From: Octopus vulgaris
Taxonomy: Eukaryota
DNA: 64,000 bases
NCBI GenBank assembly: GCA_951406725.2
Contig: OX597835.1
Location: forward strand, 36,580,001-36,644,000
Direction: 5' to 3'
Shown here: one piece after another, positions 39,166 through 52,531 of the stretch
Layout: each line of letters begins with the position of its first letter
Numbering within the stretch: position 1 is the first letter of the stretch
Notes under the pieces: model-generated
Seen by the model: only the letters and a program-made list of their open reading frames with translations
The model's database searches: none
Told to the model about the DNA's origin: nothing
Made by a program: the position numbers and the translations under genes

Positions 39166-41148
39166 TGGTTGCTGGAGTTGGGCTCAGCATATATACATTG
39201 GTTGCTGAGGTGTAAGGAGTAGGTTTTATGGAGCAATGATTGATGGGGCAGATTGGTTGCTGGGGTTGGGCTCAGCATATATACATTGGTTGCTGGGGTT
39301 AGGCTCAGCATATATACATTGGTTGCTGGGGTTAGGCTCAGCATATATACATTGGTTGCTGGGGTTGGGCTCAGCATATATACATTGGTTGCTGGGGTTG
39401 GGCTCATGGGCTCAGCATATATACATTGGTTGCTGGGGTTGGGCTCAGCATATATACATTGGTTGCTGGGGTTGGGCTCAGCATATACATTGGTTGCTGG
39501 GGTTGGGCTCTTGGGCTCAGCATATATACATTGGTTGCTGGGGTTAGGCTCAGCATATATACATTGGTTGCTGGGGTTGGGCTCAGCATATACATTGGTT
39601 GCTGGGGTTGGGCTCTTGGGCTCAGCATATATACATTGGTTGCTGGGGTTGGGCTCAGCATATATACATTGGTTGCTGGGGTTGGGCTCAGCATATACAT
39701 TGGTTGCTGGGGTTGGGCTCTTGGGCTCAGCATATATACATTGGTTGCTGGGGTTGGGCTCATGGGCTCAGCATATATACATTGGTTGCTGGGGTTGGGC
39801 TCAGCATATATACACTGGTTGTTGGGGTTGGGCTCTTGGGCTCAGCATATATACATTGGTTGTTGGGGTTGGGTTCAGCATATATACATTGATTGCTGGG
39901 GTTGGACTCAGCATATATACATCGGTTGTTGGGGTTGGGCTCTTGGGCTCAGCATATATACATTGGTTGCTGGGGTTGGGCTCTTGGGCTCAGCATATAT
40001 ACATTGATTGCTGGGGTTGGGCTCTTGGGCTCAGCATATATACATTGGTTGCTGGAGTTGGGCTCAGCATATATACATTGGTTGCTGAGGTTGGGCTCAG
40101 CATATATACATTGGTTGCTGGGGTCGGACTCAGCATATATACATTGATTGCTGGGGTTGGACTCAGCATATATACATCGGTTGTTGGGGTTGGGCTCAGC
40201 ATATATACATTGGTTGCTGGGGTTGGGCTCTTGGGCTCAGCATATATACATTGGTTGTTGGGGTTGGGTTCAGCATATATACATTGATTGCTGGGGTTGG
40301 GTTCAGCATATATACATTGGTTGCTGGGATCAGGCTCAGCATATATACATTGGTTACTGGGGTCAGACTCAGCATATATACATTGGTTACTGGGGTTGGG
40401 CTCAGCATATATACATTGGTTGCTGGGGTTGGGCTCAGCATATATACATTGGTTGCTGGGGTTGGGCTCAGCATATATACATTGGTTGCTGGGGTTGGGC
40501 TCAGCATATATACATTGGTTGCTGGGATCAGGATCAGCATATATACATTGGTTGCTGGAGTTGGGCTCAGCATATATATATATTGGTTGCTGGGGTTGGG
40601 CTCTTGGGCTCAGCATATATACATTGGTTGCTGGGGTTGGGCTCAGCATATATACATTGGTTTCTGGGGTTGGGTTCAGCATATATACATTGGTTGCTGG
40701 GGTTGGGTTCAGCATATATACATTGGTTGCTGGGGTTGGGCTCAGCATATATACATTGGTTGCTGGGATCAGGATCAGCATATATACATTGGTTGCTGGA
40801 GTTGGGCTCAGCATATATACATTGGTTGCTGGGGTTGGGCTCTTGGGCTCAGCATATATACATTGGTTGCTGGGGTTGGGCTCAGCATATATACATTGGT
40901 TGATGGGGTCGGGCTCAGCATATATACATTGGTTGCAGGAGTTGGGCTCAGCATATATACATTGGTTGATGGGGTCGGGCTCAGCATATATACATTGGTT
41001 GCTGGGGTTGGGTTCAGCATATATACATTGGTTGCTGGGGTTGGGCTCAGCATATATACATTGGTTGCTGGGGTTGGGTTCAGCATATATACATTGGTTG
41101 CTGGGGTCGGGCTCAGCATATATACATTGGTTGCTGGGGTTGGGCTCA
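39166..41148. repeat. 33-bp minisatellite array, about 2 kb (ttggttgctggggttgggctcagcatatataca)
   Basis: Tandem units with 41-bp (ttgggctc duplication) and 31-bp variants. Confidence 0.96.
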
Positions 41149-41261
41149 GGTATATTCTCCTCCCTGCATATATATATATTGTAATGCCTACCATTTATCA
41201 TTCAATTCTGATTGCACCATTATGCAAATTAGATAGACCAGCTTAGTTCTGTTTATGCTCG

Positions 41262-41300
<39 letters not shown>

Positions 41301-42308
41301 AAGTTATTTTAGCAATTTCTTTTGAAACAATTAACAAAAAAGTAACCCACTAACATTATTTAGATTTATCTCTTTCTCTTACTCATCTTTTTCACTCTTG
41401 CATGAAGATTGAGTTCTTCCACAGCTTGTTAACTTATCTAACACAAACACAAAACACACACACACACAGTGGCTGTCCACTTGTTTTCAAGTATGACCAC
41501 TTTTAAGTCCTGGGGTCGTTTTGCTCGACTAGAGGTGGTGCTCCAGCATGGCCGCAGTCAAATGACTGAAACAAGTAAAAAGAGAAAGAGAGGGAAATAG
41601 TACTTCTCTCTCAAAAAAAAACCCCACTTTAATTTGACCATTTGACAGATTACTCTGTCAAATGGAATACTTATTTTATTGACATTGTCTTGAATTATTC
41701 ATCCATTATCTCATAGCTTCAAGATTTCAATGTTGTGATTGTTTATTTTCAAACTGACATTGTAGAATAGGTGTGAGAGGTCTGATCTGGCCATTTTCAA
41801 CATAAAACAGATTATTTTGGGCCGGATATGGCTGGTTTAAATGCTAAGGGGTTAAGCTTATATTTATATCATTAATTAAACCGCTATTTTAATACTCCCT
41901 TATACAGGGTGGGACAGAGAGAACAGAGGTTTTTTTGAAAAATTTGCAAAATCATTAATTTAGCTGTAAGCAAATTTTATTGACATCTTTAAAATAAAGC
42001 TGGGCCTCTTCTTGTCAGGTGTCCCAGATGAACCAACTTCACGGCAGGAGGTGCAGATGAGGGCAGCTGCATCAAACTCTCTCATGCACCAAATGTCAAT
42101 TGCTAAAAAGCATTCGTGAAGTAAAATCATGTAGCAACACCGAATTGCAGTGCCTCAGCATGGCCACAGCTCGTAAGCTGAAACTAGATAAAATAAAAAT
42201 AAAAAAATGAATAATTGTGTTCACATTGAATTAGCATTCGTCAAAATCAACTGTGGGAAACAACATCCATCATGTGGTGTCCGTTTTCGTTGATGCATAT
42301 TTCTGAAG

Positions 42309-42643
42309 ACAATTGCAGCATGGAAGGTGTTTATAAGCCATTTAAGGAACACACAAAACCGTTGGATTCACTTCAACATTTAAATTTAATTTATCAAAAT
42401 ATTTTCGTCGCTTTGAGACCGCTACCTTTTCACTGACAAAACTTTGTGATGCAGCACAAAGTTTTGTCAGTGAACAGGTCGCAGTATTAAAGCAACGAAA
42501 ATATTTTGACAAATTAAATTTAAATGTTGAAGTGAATCTAACGGTTTTGTGTGTTTCTTATAAACACCTTCCACGCTGCAATTGTTTCCGTTCCAGCACA
42601 CGATCTCAGATCAAGTCACTTGCTATGCAAGTACATCTCTGTA
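42309..42643 (+). mobile_element. Hairpin-plus-tail element with 12-bp TSD
   Basis: About 135 bp arms with essentially no loop (42309-42585), tail 42586-42643, TSD atatttctgaag (42297-42308 and 42644-42655). Confidence 0.75.
42463..42513 (+). ncRNA. Minimal hammerhead motif, G3-C8 core variant (mirror copy 42390-42440, - strand)
   Basis: tttgtca-GTGAACA-g-gtcgc agtattaaa gcaac-GAAA-atat-TT-tgacaaa; 7-bp stem I; the two arms together give stem II gtcgc/gcgac. Confidence 0.6.
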
Positions 42644-45284
42644 ATATTTCTGAAGGCGTTCTTGGAAGTTGGTCTCCACTCTCTCCAGCATTGCTCTGTT
42701 GATTTGGGCAACTTCAAGTGAATGGCTTCCTTCAAATCAGCCAGTGTATGGGGCTTATGTGCATACACACGTACCTTGAGATTTCCCCACAAGAAATAAT
42801 TACACATGGAGAAATCAGAGGACTGAGGGGACCAAGGAATGTCAGCTAATGTTGCGATCACCAAAGAGAGAGCAAAGAACGTCCATTGATGCTCTCACTG
42901 TATGGGCCATCACTCCATCCTGCCCTAACCACACACATCGAATAGGCATACGTTTCTGTCGTAATTCAGGCACAAAAAAGTTACTTATCATCTTGATGTA
43001 ATGTTCGGAGTTCATAGTAACAGCATTTCCATTATTTTTGTCTGGTTTCCAAAGAAATGTGCGGTTTGCATTATCATGTTGGAAAACAACACCCTTCCTG
43101 TTGGCCAATTCTGGACGTTTCTCTTGAATTGCTTTTAACTCATCCAGTTATGTGCAGTATTTCTCAGAATTAATTGTCTGGTTATTTGGGAAAAGCTCAT
43201 AGTACAGAATTCCTTTCCAATCCTACCAGACACAAAGCAAGACTTTTTTAGGGTGAAGACCCGTTTTTGGGGTGGCTAAGGGTGGCTCATGTCACTTACT
43301 CCAGGATCACTTTCTCTGAACATTTCGGTAGATAATCCATTTCTCATCACCTGTCACAAGTAAGGACCAATGACAACAGCTTTTTCAGCAGCACACCAGA
43401 CCTTCACTTTTGGTCTGTGCAGTGGTCTTTCATTCAGTTCTCTCAGATTTTCAAGAGCCTGATAATGACAGTTCTGTTGATTCACCATGCCATTGAGATG
43501 AAAATGAGCTTCATCGCTCATTAACAAAACGAAGTTGTTATTTGCCTCAAAATTCCATCTGACATGTGAAGTTAAGCCGCTGTGCAAAATATGCCTTACC
43601 GATTGATTACTGATGCCAAATTTAGTGGAATGCCTCTGAGCGGAGCTATTTGGACTTCGTATCAAAGCTTATCTGATGTGTTCTACATTTTCCAGGATCC
43701 ATACCCTTCATGGCACCCCCACCAGTCTCCTATTCATTAGTGTATCTCATGTAGGAAGTGCATTTACCCAACATAAGATTGTGTTACAGGTGGGAACAGC
43801 TCGATTTTGGTGAATGTGGCACCGAAACTCATGCTGAACTGCTGTGACAGACTCGTTATTCTTCATGTAACTGTCATAGGCAAACATGCAATGCTCTATC
43901 GTCCACAGCACCATGGCTTCACCTGACAAGAAAAAAATATAAGACACCACAGACCGAATGGTACCTGTCGGACATGTGTCCATCCTACTGGGGCTGAGTA
44001 ATAACCATTTCAAAAACATCTGTCCTCTCTGCCCCCACCTCCTGTACTATCGAAACAAAATTTAAACAAATATATTTACATCCTACAGGCGTAGGAGTGG
44101 CTGTGTGGTAAGTAGCTTGCTTACGAACCACATGGTTCCGGGTTCAGTCCCACTGCGTGGCACCTTCGGCAAGTGTCTTCTATTATAGCCTCAGGCTGAC
44201 CAAAGCCTTGAGAGTGGATTTGGTAGACGGAAACTGAAAGAAGCCCGTCGTATATATGTATATATTTATATGTATATGTGTATATGTTTGTGTGTCTGTG
44301 TTTGTCCCCCCAACATTGCTTGACAACCGATGCTGATGTGTTTACGTCCCCGTTACTTAGCGGTTCGGTAAAAGAGTCCTATAGAATGAGTACTAGGCTT
44401 ACAAAGAATAAGTCTTGTGGTCGACTTGCTCGACTAAAGGCGGTGCTCCAGCATGGCCACAGTCAAATGACCGAAACAAGTAAAAGAATAAAAGAAAGAA
44501 TAGAAAATCCACTTACACACTTAAATGTATAAATATGTGCACACAATCGCACGTGCACTCACACAAAAGCACGTACACAAACACATATAAACGTAAGATG
44601 TTAGAAGACAACAGATAGGATATTAGGACAATAATTACAAATATACTGTTAAATATTAAACAGATTCAACAAATTCATGTTATAATTATTTCAAGAAACT
44701 TATAAACTATTAAAAAAAAATCCACACCAAAAGATTACTCAAGACACACACACACAAATACAAACTAATTTCACCCTCCTTAATATTCCTCACAATCTTC
44801 TTTGAGAACAATAAGTTCAATAGAAAAACCAAACCCTTACCCTAGGCTGTTTCGCTTTTCCAATTGACCATTCCTCATTTTCAACTTTGTTTTTTTTTAC
44901 TCACCCATCTTCCTCTCTCTAACTTTCAACCTTTTATTTCTCAAAATTTTATCCTTTACTCCAAAGTAATTCTTCTATAGACACCAGGCCTGAAATTTCG
45001 TGGAAGGGCATCGGTCAGTTACATTGGTCCCAGGTGCTCAACTGGTTCTTTGGTGGAATTTGAACTCAGAATGTAAAGCTGGAAAAAATACAGCTAAGCA
45101 ATTTTCCAGCACTTTAATGAGGATTCTGCCAGCTTGCTACCTTTTTTACTCCAAAATAATAAAATAGAAATATTATTTCCCTCTTTCTTATAGATTTCTC
45201 TTCACAAGTCTAAATAAGTATCTTAACACTTGTTCCTTGAAATGAAGCTGTTGCCATTTTTCTGTATAATATCTTACATTAGAA

Positions 45285-45485
45285 CAGTGGTTTTCAACCA
45301 GGGTTCCGCCAGTACAGTCCAGGGGTTCCGCAAGAAGTTATAAAACTGCTAAAATCGGCAGTAATTTTTAATTCTCCTGTACAGATATGTGTGCATAAGA
45401 CTATTAAATTATTGCACAGGGGTTCCCCGAGCCAGCGGAATGTTTCCTTGGGGTTCCGCTCTTGCAAAAAGTTTGAAAAGCACTG
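45285..45485 (-). mobile_element. hAT-type MITE
   Basis: cagtggttttcaa ... ttgaaaagcactg; perfect 8-bp TSD cattagaa. Confidence 0.82.
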
Positions 45486-45585
45486 CATTAGAATATTGAT
45501 ACTAATGGTTGAATAAGCTGTCAGGCAAAACTTCAAGTTGCAGTCAAAACTAGTTTCATAATAAATATGACTCCTATTAGTTTTA

Positions 45586-46856
45586 TTGGGTTGTCCGGAA
45601 AGTTCGTACCGATTTTTAAAGGAAAGAGAAAGGTCAATAAATACTTGCCATTACATTTTTAATCAACCAAATATGAACCATTTTGTTGCACAATGCGTCT
45701 CCATCTTTTCTTTATCTTGAAAATACCCTCTTCCCAGAATTGAGGTGGTTTCATGGCAAAGAATTCATCAAGGTATCTTTTTACGTCGTCCAAGGAATTG
45801 AAATTTTTACTATTAAGTCTATTCTGCAGAGATCTGAATAAGTGGAAATCCGAAGGAGCAATATCTGGTGAATATGGAGGGTGGGGTAACACATCTTAGC
45901 TAAGCTGCAGCAATTTTTGTCTGGTTTCCAAAGAAACGTGTGGTTTGCACTATCATGTTGGAAAAGAACACCCTTCCTGTTGCCAATTCTGGATGTTTCT
46001 CTTGAATTGCTGCTTTTAACTCGTCCAGTTGTGTGCAGTATTTCTCAAAATTAATTGTCTGGTTACTTGAGAGAAGCTCATAGTACAGAATTCCTTTCCA
46101 ATCCCACCAGACACAAAGCAAGACTTTTTTAGAGTGAAGACCCGCTTTTGGGTGGCTCATGTCACTTACTCCAGGATCGCTTTCTCTGAACATTTTGGTA
46201 GATAATCCATTTCTCATCACCTGTCACAATTTGCTTTAAAAAAGGCACACTTTCATTCCATTTATAAAGCAAATCACAGATGGAAATGCGATCCAAAAGG
46301 TTCTTCTCACTCAACTCATGTGGTACCCAAACATCGTAGTGATTTGTATACCCAAGCTTTACCAGGTGCTCATGAACAACAGATTTTGATAGGTTGAGGC
46401 TTTCTGCCAATTCTCAGGCTGTGCAATGTGAGTTATTCTCAAATAATGATTTGATTTGGTCATCATCTGTAGTGGATGATCTGCCTGATCGCTCTTTATC
46501 AATAAGGCTACAATCTCCAGCTCGGAACCTTGCGAACCACTTCCATACAGTTCTTTCCGATAAAGGAACATCACCGTAAACTGCGCATATTTCTTTGGTT
46601 GTTTGTGAGGCATTTTTCCCTTTACGGAAAAATAAAAACATCAAGTGCTGAAAATGAACTTTCTTATTTTCCATTTTAAAGGGCTACAGAATTAACAAAG
46701 GTTATAGGAACATAAACCTTCTTCCACAAAAAGATAGCTTAAACTGTACTCTAAATAGAGGTGTAGTTAAATCCTATTTTATGGACTCAACCATGTTCTA
46801 AAATAAGTCAAAAGGTAAGCTACTATAAATCGGCACAAACTTTCCGGACAACCCAA
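45586..46856 (-). mobile_element. Full-length mariner (mellifera-subfamily-like); transposase pseudogene 46674-45659
   Basis: About 30 bp TIRs ttgggttgtccggaaagtt..gattt with TA TSD; MENKKVHF..FFRKGKNASQ, WVPHEL, IVTGDEKW, HPPYSPDIAPSDFHLF; stops and frameshifts present. Confidence 0.92.
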
Positions 46857-47454
46857 TAAATGTCCTCTCTTATGTGCTTCATATTTGCAAATCTTCTACT
46901 GTCTTTAAAATTCCTTTAAAGTAACCCCAAACAAGCATATAATCTTCTCTTCTCAAACGTGATTCAACGTCATGTAGCCCCTCCACAGCAGGAAACCCCT
47001 TCTTCTCCAGCCCTTTTCTCTCGTACTTAACCTTTCTCCACACCTCAGATTTCGTAGTCATGCAAGCTGTATGACTAACACTCTACTGATGACGGCATGA
47101 AAAATGCACCTGATGCACACTGTAAAGTGGTTGGCATTTAGGAAGGGCATCTAGCCATAGAAACCATGTCAAGGGAGACGCTGAAGCTTGATACAGTCCT
47201 TGGGCTCATTGGATCCTGTCAAATAATCCAACCCGTGTCAGTATAGAACATTTGCGTATAAATAGTTTTTTATATAGGGGTCATCATATGCCTATCTATA
47301 TACACATATACCTAGAAATCATTTAAATCTGCTTATTTCTGGGAGTGGCTTTTGCTATTCAAACTCTATATTCCATTTCTTATGTATTTATATATATTTT
47401 TCAACAGTAATCTTTTCTATATATATATATATATATAAGTGGTCTCATTTTTGA

Positions 47455-47535
47455 AGCTCTGATGAAGCTATAAGGTGATACACAAGCACTCAGCTATGAG
47501 TGCATTGTATCCTGTAGCAGAAACAGCTGTAAGCT
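47455..47535 (+). ncRNA. Type I hammerhead ribozyme motif next to (TA)n
   Basis: agct-CTGATGA-a gctata..gcactc agctat gagtgc..tgtagc a-GAAAC-agct-GTA-agct; the first stem II pair is an A-A mismatch. Confidence 0.65.
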
Positions 47536-47753
47536 AATGAAGTTCATTATATAATTTTTTGTTCCTTAGTCATTTATTTAATTTTTCACACACACACATG
47601 CATACGTAAGTTAGATTCCCTTGTCTAAGTCCTCTCTGTCATTCTTTACAAACCTGACATTTGTATGATGATGTTTAACAAGAATTCATTGTTAATTAAA
47701 CTGAAATATAAATTAATTGAACACACTGATAAATAAATAAGCAAACAAAACCA

Positions 47754-47788
<35 letters not shown>

Positions 47789-48492
47789 CCCTCTCTGTGT
47801 CTGTCTGTCTCTGTCTCTGTCTCTCTCTCTCCACTATTCTCCCTGTAATGTCCTAACCATCTCTTTTCTGTCAATCCTCTCTCTATTTTTCAGATCCCCA
47901 ACACTAACATCGAAACCCTGTAATTGTTGCCTCACAAAACAACAACAACAAAACATCAAAAAAAATAACAACAACAACAAATAGTTTCCCAAAAAAAAAG
48001 GGACCAACCAAATTCCTGCTCCTAAATTTACTCTACAAAAAAAAACCAACCAAACAAACCAAAAATAACAAAATTTATTTAATCGCCAAGCCTACCAACC
48101 AACCAACCTACCTACCTATCTACCAACCAATTAACCAACCTACGAACCAACCAACCAACTAATCAACCAATCAACCAACCAGCTAGTCAAACCTGACAAC
48201 CAACTGAAAACATCACTACGAACTCCATAATGATTCGAAGTTCCGCTTGCTTCTTGTACCCACCCCAAAATACCATCCGCCATCCAATGTCTTAGGCAGA
48301 TTTCCATCTTATTTTATTTCTTTTTAAATAATTTTTTTTATATTGCTTCTTGATTTTTAAGTTTATATGTTTATATATTTTCATTGCAATTTAATTTAAA
48401 TTTAATTTATTAATTTATTTATTCATTTATTCATCATATATCTATATATTCATTCATCCAATCACTCAGTCAATCATTATATATATATATAT

Positions 48493-48876
48493 AGTAATAA
48501 CAAAGGGTAAAATTAATTAATTAAGAAGTAATCAATAATTTCACCAAGTAGAATTCAGCATGAAAAAATGTAAACTTAAGTAATACTAAATAATTAGGGT
48601 TCAGCAAAGATTTGCTTTACCACATACCGAAGTTTAGAAATAGCAGCCAAAAAACGTTAGCTATTTCTTCTACTTTAAAAAGGGACCCCCAGAAAAACCA
48701 AAATACTTGAAAACAATCCACACAGGCAGAGAGGAAAAGTAATGAAAATCAATCAATATCTTGATTTTCGTTACTTCTTTTTAAAGTAGAAGAAATAGCT
48801 AACGTTTTTTGGCTGCTATTTCTAAACTTCGGTATGTGGTAAAGCAAATCTTTGCTGAATCCTAATTATTTAGTAT
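48493..48876 (-). mobile_element. Hairpin-plus-tail element in (TA)n
   Basis: 100 bp arms (48583-48682 and 48777-48876; one mismatch seen), tail 48493-48582, (TA)n on both sides. Confidence 0.7.
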
Positions 48877-48932
48877 ATATATATATATAGATAGATAGAT
48901 AAATAAAAAAAACAATGCAGAGGGGCAGAGGT

Positions 48933-49012
48933 TCACTACAGCTGTTTCAAATGTGTTTTCTAATGATGAATAAATCAATTAAATCATGTAAAAATCCATT
49001 TTCTTCAGGTGA
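48933..49012 (-). ncRNA. Type I hammerhead ribozyme motif
   Basis: tcac-CTGAAGA-aaatg...cattt-GAAAC-agct-GTA-gtga: all three stems form and loop 3 is palindromic. Confidence 0.75.
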
Positions 49013-49301
49013 TTTAAAATTAAGGATACATACATATATATGAGTACAGGTGTGGCTGTGTGGTAAGAAGCCTGCTTCGCAACCATATCTTTCCGGGTTC
49101 AGTCCCACTGCATGGCACCATGGGCAAATGTCTTCTACTATAGTCTCTGGCTGACCAAGGCCTTGTGAGTGGATTTAGTAGGGGGGAAACTGAAAGAAGC
49201 TTGGAGTCAATTTGTTCGACTAAAATCCCTCATTGTGGTACTCAAGCGTGGCCACAGTCAAGTGACTGGAACAAGTAAAAAATTTAAAAATTATATTAGA
49301 T

Positions 49302-49356
<55 letters not shown>

Positions 49357-50442
49357 TATATAATATATATATATATATATACATATATATATCATCATCA
49401 TCATTGTCGTCATCGTTTTTACTTATATTTTACTTGTTTCAGTCATTTTACTGTGGCCATGCTGGAGCACCAACTTTAGTTGAACAAATCGACCCCACGA
49501 CTTATTTTTTGTAAGCCTAATACTTATTCTATCGGTCTCTTTTGCCAAACAGCTAGGTTATGGGGACGTAAACACACCAGCATTGGTTGTCAAGCGATGT
49601 TGGAGGAACAAACACACTCACACAAACACACACATGCATATATATATATATACGACAGGCTTCTTTCAGTTTCCGTCTACCAAATCCACTCAGACGGCTT
49701 TGGTCGGCCCAAGGTTATAGTAGAAGACACTTGCCCAAGGTGCCATGCAGTGGGATTGTACCTGAAACCATGTGGTTCGTAAGCAAGCTACTTACCACAC
49801 AGCCACTCCTGCGCCTATACTTATCATTTAACATCTGTTTTTCCATGCTCTCATGGGTTGGAAAATAGACTTCAAACAATGATGATGATGGTGGTATATC
49901 CTAAAGGCCGTAAGCCTGAAGAATTGTTAATGCAGCGGACAAATCATGTAATGGCATTTCATCGGGCTTTTTACATTCTGTGTTCAAATGCAGCCAAGGT
50001 TACCTCTGCCTCTCATCCGTTCAGGGATCAATAAAATAAGTGCCAGTTTGAGCGCAACGGGGCCAAAACAGTTGACTTCCCAAACATCTCCAAACTGCTG
50101 GCCTTGTGCCAAAAGCTGTTACAAGTATTTATAAGTCGTTGTTGCATAAGTTAAGCTGCAATATATACACACTGCATGAAAGTTATAACTTACCTCAAGA
50201 TGCTGCAAAAGAAGCAGAAATCTGTTTTTTTTTTTACAAGATGTTATGTAAATAAACGTTAGAAATTAATAAATGAACGTTGTTGTTGTTTAATGTTTGT
50301 TGAATGAATTAATATGAACCCATCATAAAATTGAAAACCATGTGTATGCACATATGTATGTATATATATATATATCCATGTGTGTTCATTTGTATATGTG
50401 TCTATGTGTAAATGTGTGTGTATGTATGTATATGTATGTATG

Positions 50443-50488
<46 letters not shown>

Positions 50489-50918
50489 TGTAATTATGTA
50501 TGTATTGTTGTGTGGTTAAGAAGTTGCATCCCAGCCACATGGTTCCCTTGGATAATACTGGTGGCATGGAGAGGGGAGGCTGGTATGCATGGGCGACTGC
50601 TGGTCATCCAGCATGGTCACAGTCAGATGACTGAAATAAATAAAGAATATAGGTATAGATATAGGTATATATATATATATATATATATATGTGTGCATGT
50701 GTGTGTGTGTGTATATATGTGTGTGTGTATGTGAAATTTACAGTAAAACAGAGGACAAAGACAGGTGTATAAACAACAAGCAAGAGTGAGAAAGTCTTTT
50801 ACATTTCAAGCCTATGCTCTTCAGCAGAAAGCAACATGAGGAAATAAAGAGAGAGAGGGAATGAAAAAGACTTGTGTGGATTTAGCGATCAATCCTGGTG
50901 GTCTATCATACCTGTATG

Positions 50919-50961
<43 letters not shown>

Positions 50962-51284
50962 ATATATAATAATAAGATAAATGCACCCTTTTAAAGCCTA
51001 GCCAGGCTCATGGGCCCAGTTTCCTGGTTTCTATGGCGTATATGTTCTCCAGCTGGATGGGACGCCAGTCCATCGCAGCGTTACTCATTTTTGCCAGCTG
51101 AGTGGACTGGAGCAACGTGAAATGAAGTGTTTTGCTCAAGAACACAACGCATCAGCCAATCCAGGAATCGAAACCACAATCTTATGATCATGATGCTGAC
51201 AGCCTAACCACTAAGCCACACGCCTCCACTGTAGGGATATATAGGGATATATATATGTATATATATATATATATATATAGGTAT

Positions 51285-51416
51285 ATTAAAATCAAAATAA
51301 GCAACAAGGATATCCTTGTTGCTTATTTTGATTTTAATCACCTTATTTTCAAATTGTATGGATAATACCATACTAAATTCTGGTGCCTCAACTTAAGTAC
51401 CATATTCATCTGAACC
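51285..51416 (+). mobile_element. Minimal hairpin-plus-tail copy of the 12.9 kb family
   Basis: Perfect 54-bp palindrome (51285-51338) followed by a tail similar to 13564-13640 (gtatggataa.acca, tctggtgc, aagtacca). Confidence 0.7.
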
Positions 51417-52197
51417 TATGTATAGGTATAGGTATATACATATATAGGTATATATATATATATATATATATGTATAGAGAGAGAGAGAGGGATATGTATC
51501 AGGTCATCCCATAAGTTCTGTGTAACTTTATGTCTGTGTTTGTCCCCTACCACCACTTGCATCCCAAATGACTTAGTGGTTTGGGAAAAGAGACCAATAG
51601 AGTAAGCTTTAAAAAATAAGTACTGGGCTCAATACGCTTGACTAAAATTAAAGGCAGTGCCCTAGCATGGCCGCAGTCAAATGACTGAAACAAGTAAAAG
51701 ATAGATACACACTCACATATATATATATATATTTCTTTAATAATCATTTGAATCACTACCACCTGATTAAAATTTTTGTAGATGTGGAGGACACATCCAT
51801 CTGATCAGCTATTAGAAGAGTAAGGGATTTGAGACAAATTCGAGATGGCTTCTAGAAGTTAGGCTTCTGTTGGTCAGCTCAAGTCATGTGGTATTGATGA
51901 TGTGAAAATGACACCAGCTATTTTCTTTATTTTTAGGCTCACTTGCTTGGACAGGATGATGGCAGGACACTGGTGCCACTTTGGTGACAGGCTACAGTAT
52001 AGTGTTTTCAGTGACCTCAGTTCTTTGTTTTGGGGACATCACACGGTGGTGCTGTATTTTGGCACAAATCAGTAACTTAATCATTATTCAGTGGAGTATT
52101 TACGAATTAGTGGGAACTGTCTTTACGCAGTAGCAACTAAATTTGATGGCATTCAGTTACAAATGAGGTTGGACAATCAACATTGGTGAGCTGTGGG

Positions 52198-52531
52198 CTG
52201 TATGGGTAGCAGGGCTTAAATACTCTGCTCTTATGTGTGAGACAGCTATACACTTTAAGATCATATATTTGAATTGCCAACTGCCAATGGCTTGAAGTTT
52301 ATCAACCCTTTAGCATTTAAACTGGTCACATGGGGCCAAAATATTTCGTTTTATATTGAAACTGTGTGTATGGGTAGCAGGGCTTAAATACTCTACCCTT
52401 ATGTGTGAGACAGCTATACACTTTAAGATCATATATTTGAATTGCCAACTGCCAATGGCTTGAAGTTTATCAACTCTTTAGCATTTAAACTGGTCACATG
52501 GGGCCAAAATATTTCGTTTTATATTGAAACT
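52198..52531. repeat. Tandem duplication of about 170 bp
   Basis: tgtatgggtagcagggcttaaatactct...ttttatattgaaact occurs twice. Confidence 0.85.

Larger units (their letters stand above)
41905..44044 (-). mobile_element. Decayed Tc1/mariner rosa (DD41D)-like element with nested insertions
   Basis: TA-cagggtgggacagagag / ctctctgcccccacctcctg-TA ends; SDEAHFHLNG, VKVWCA, QDGVMAHT, PWSPQSSDFSMCNYFLWG. Confidence 0.78.

Noticed and set aside
39166-41246. 33-bp repeats as a CRISPR array or repeat protein
   Set aside because: No unique spacers and no cas genes; eukaryotic intron; frame-breaking 31 and 41 bp variants.
48583-48876. Hammerhead in the 48.6 kb hairpin
   Set aside because: It has a stem (agaaatagc/gctatttct) and AAAC-ttcg-GTA, but I could not find a valid core, G12 or stem I.
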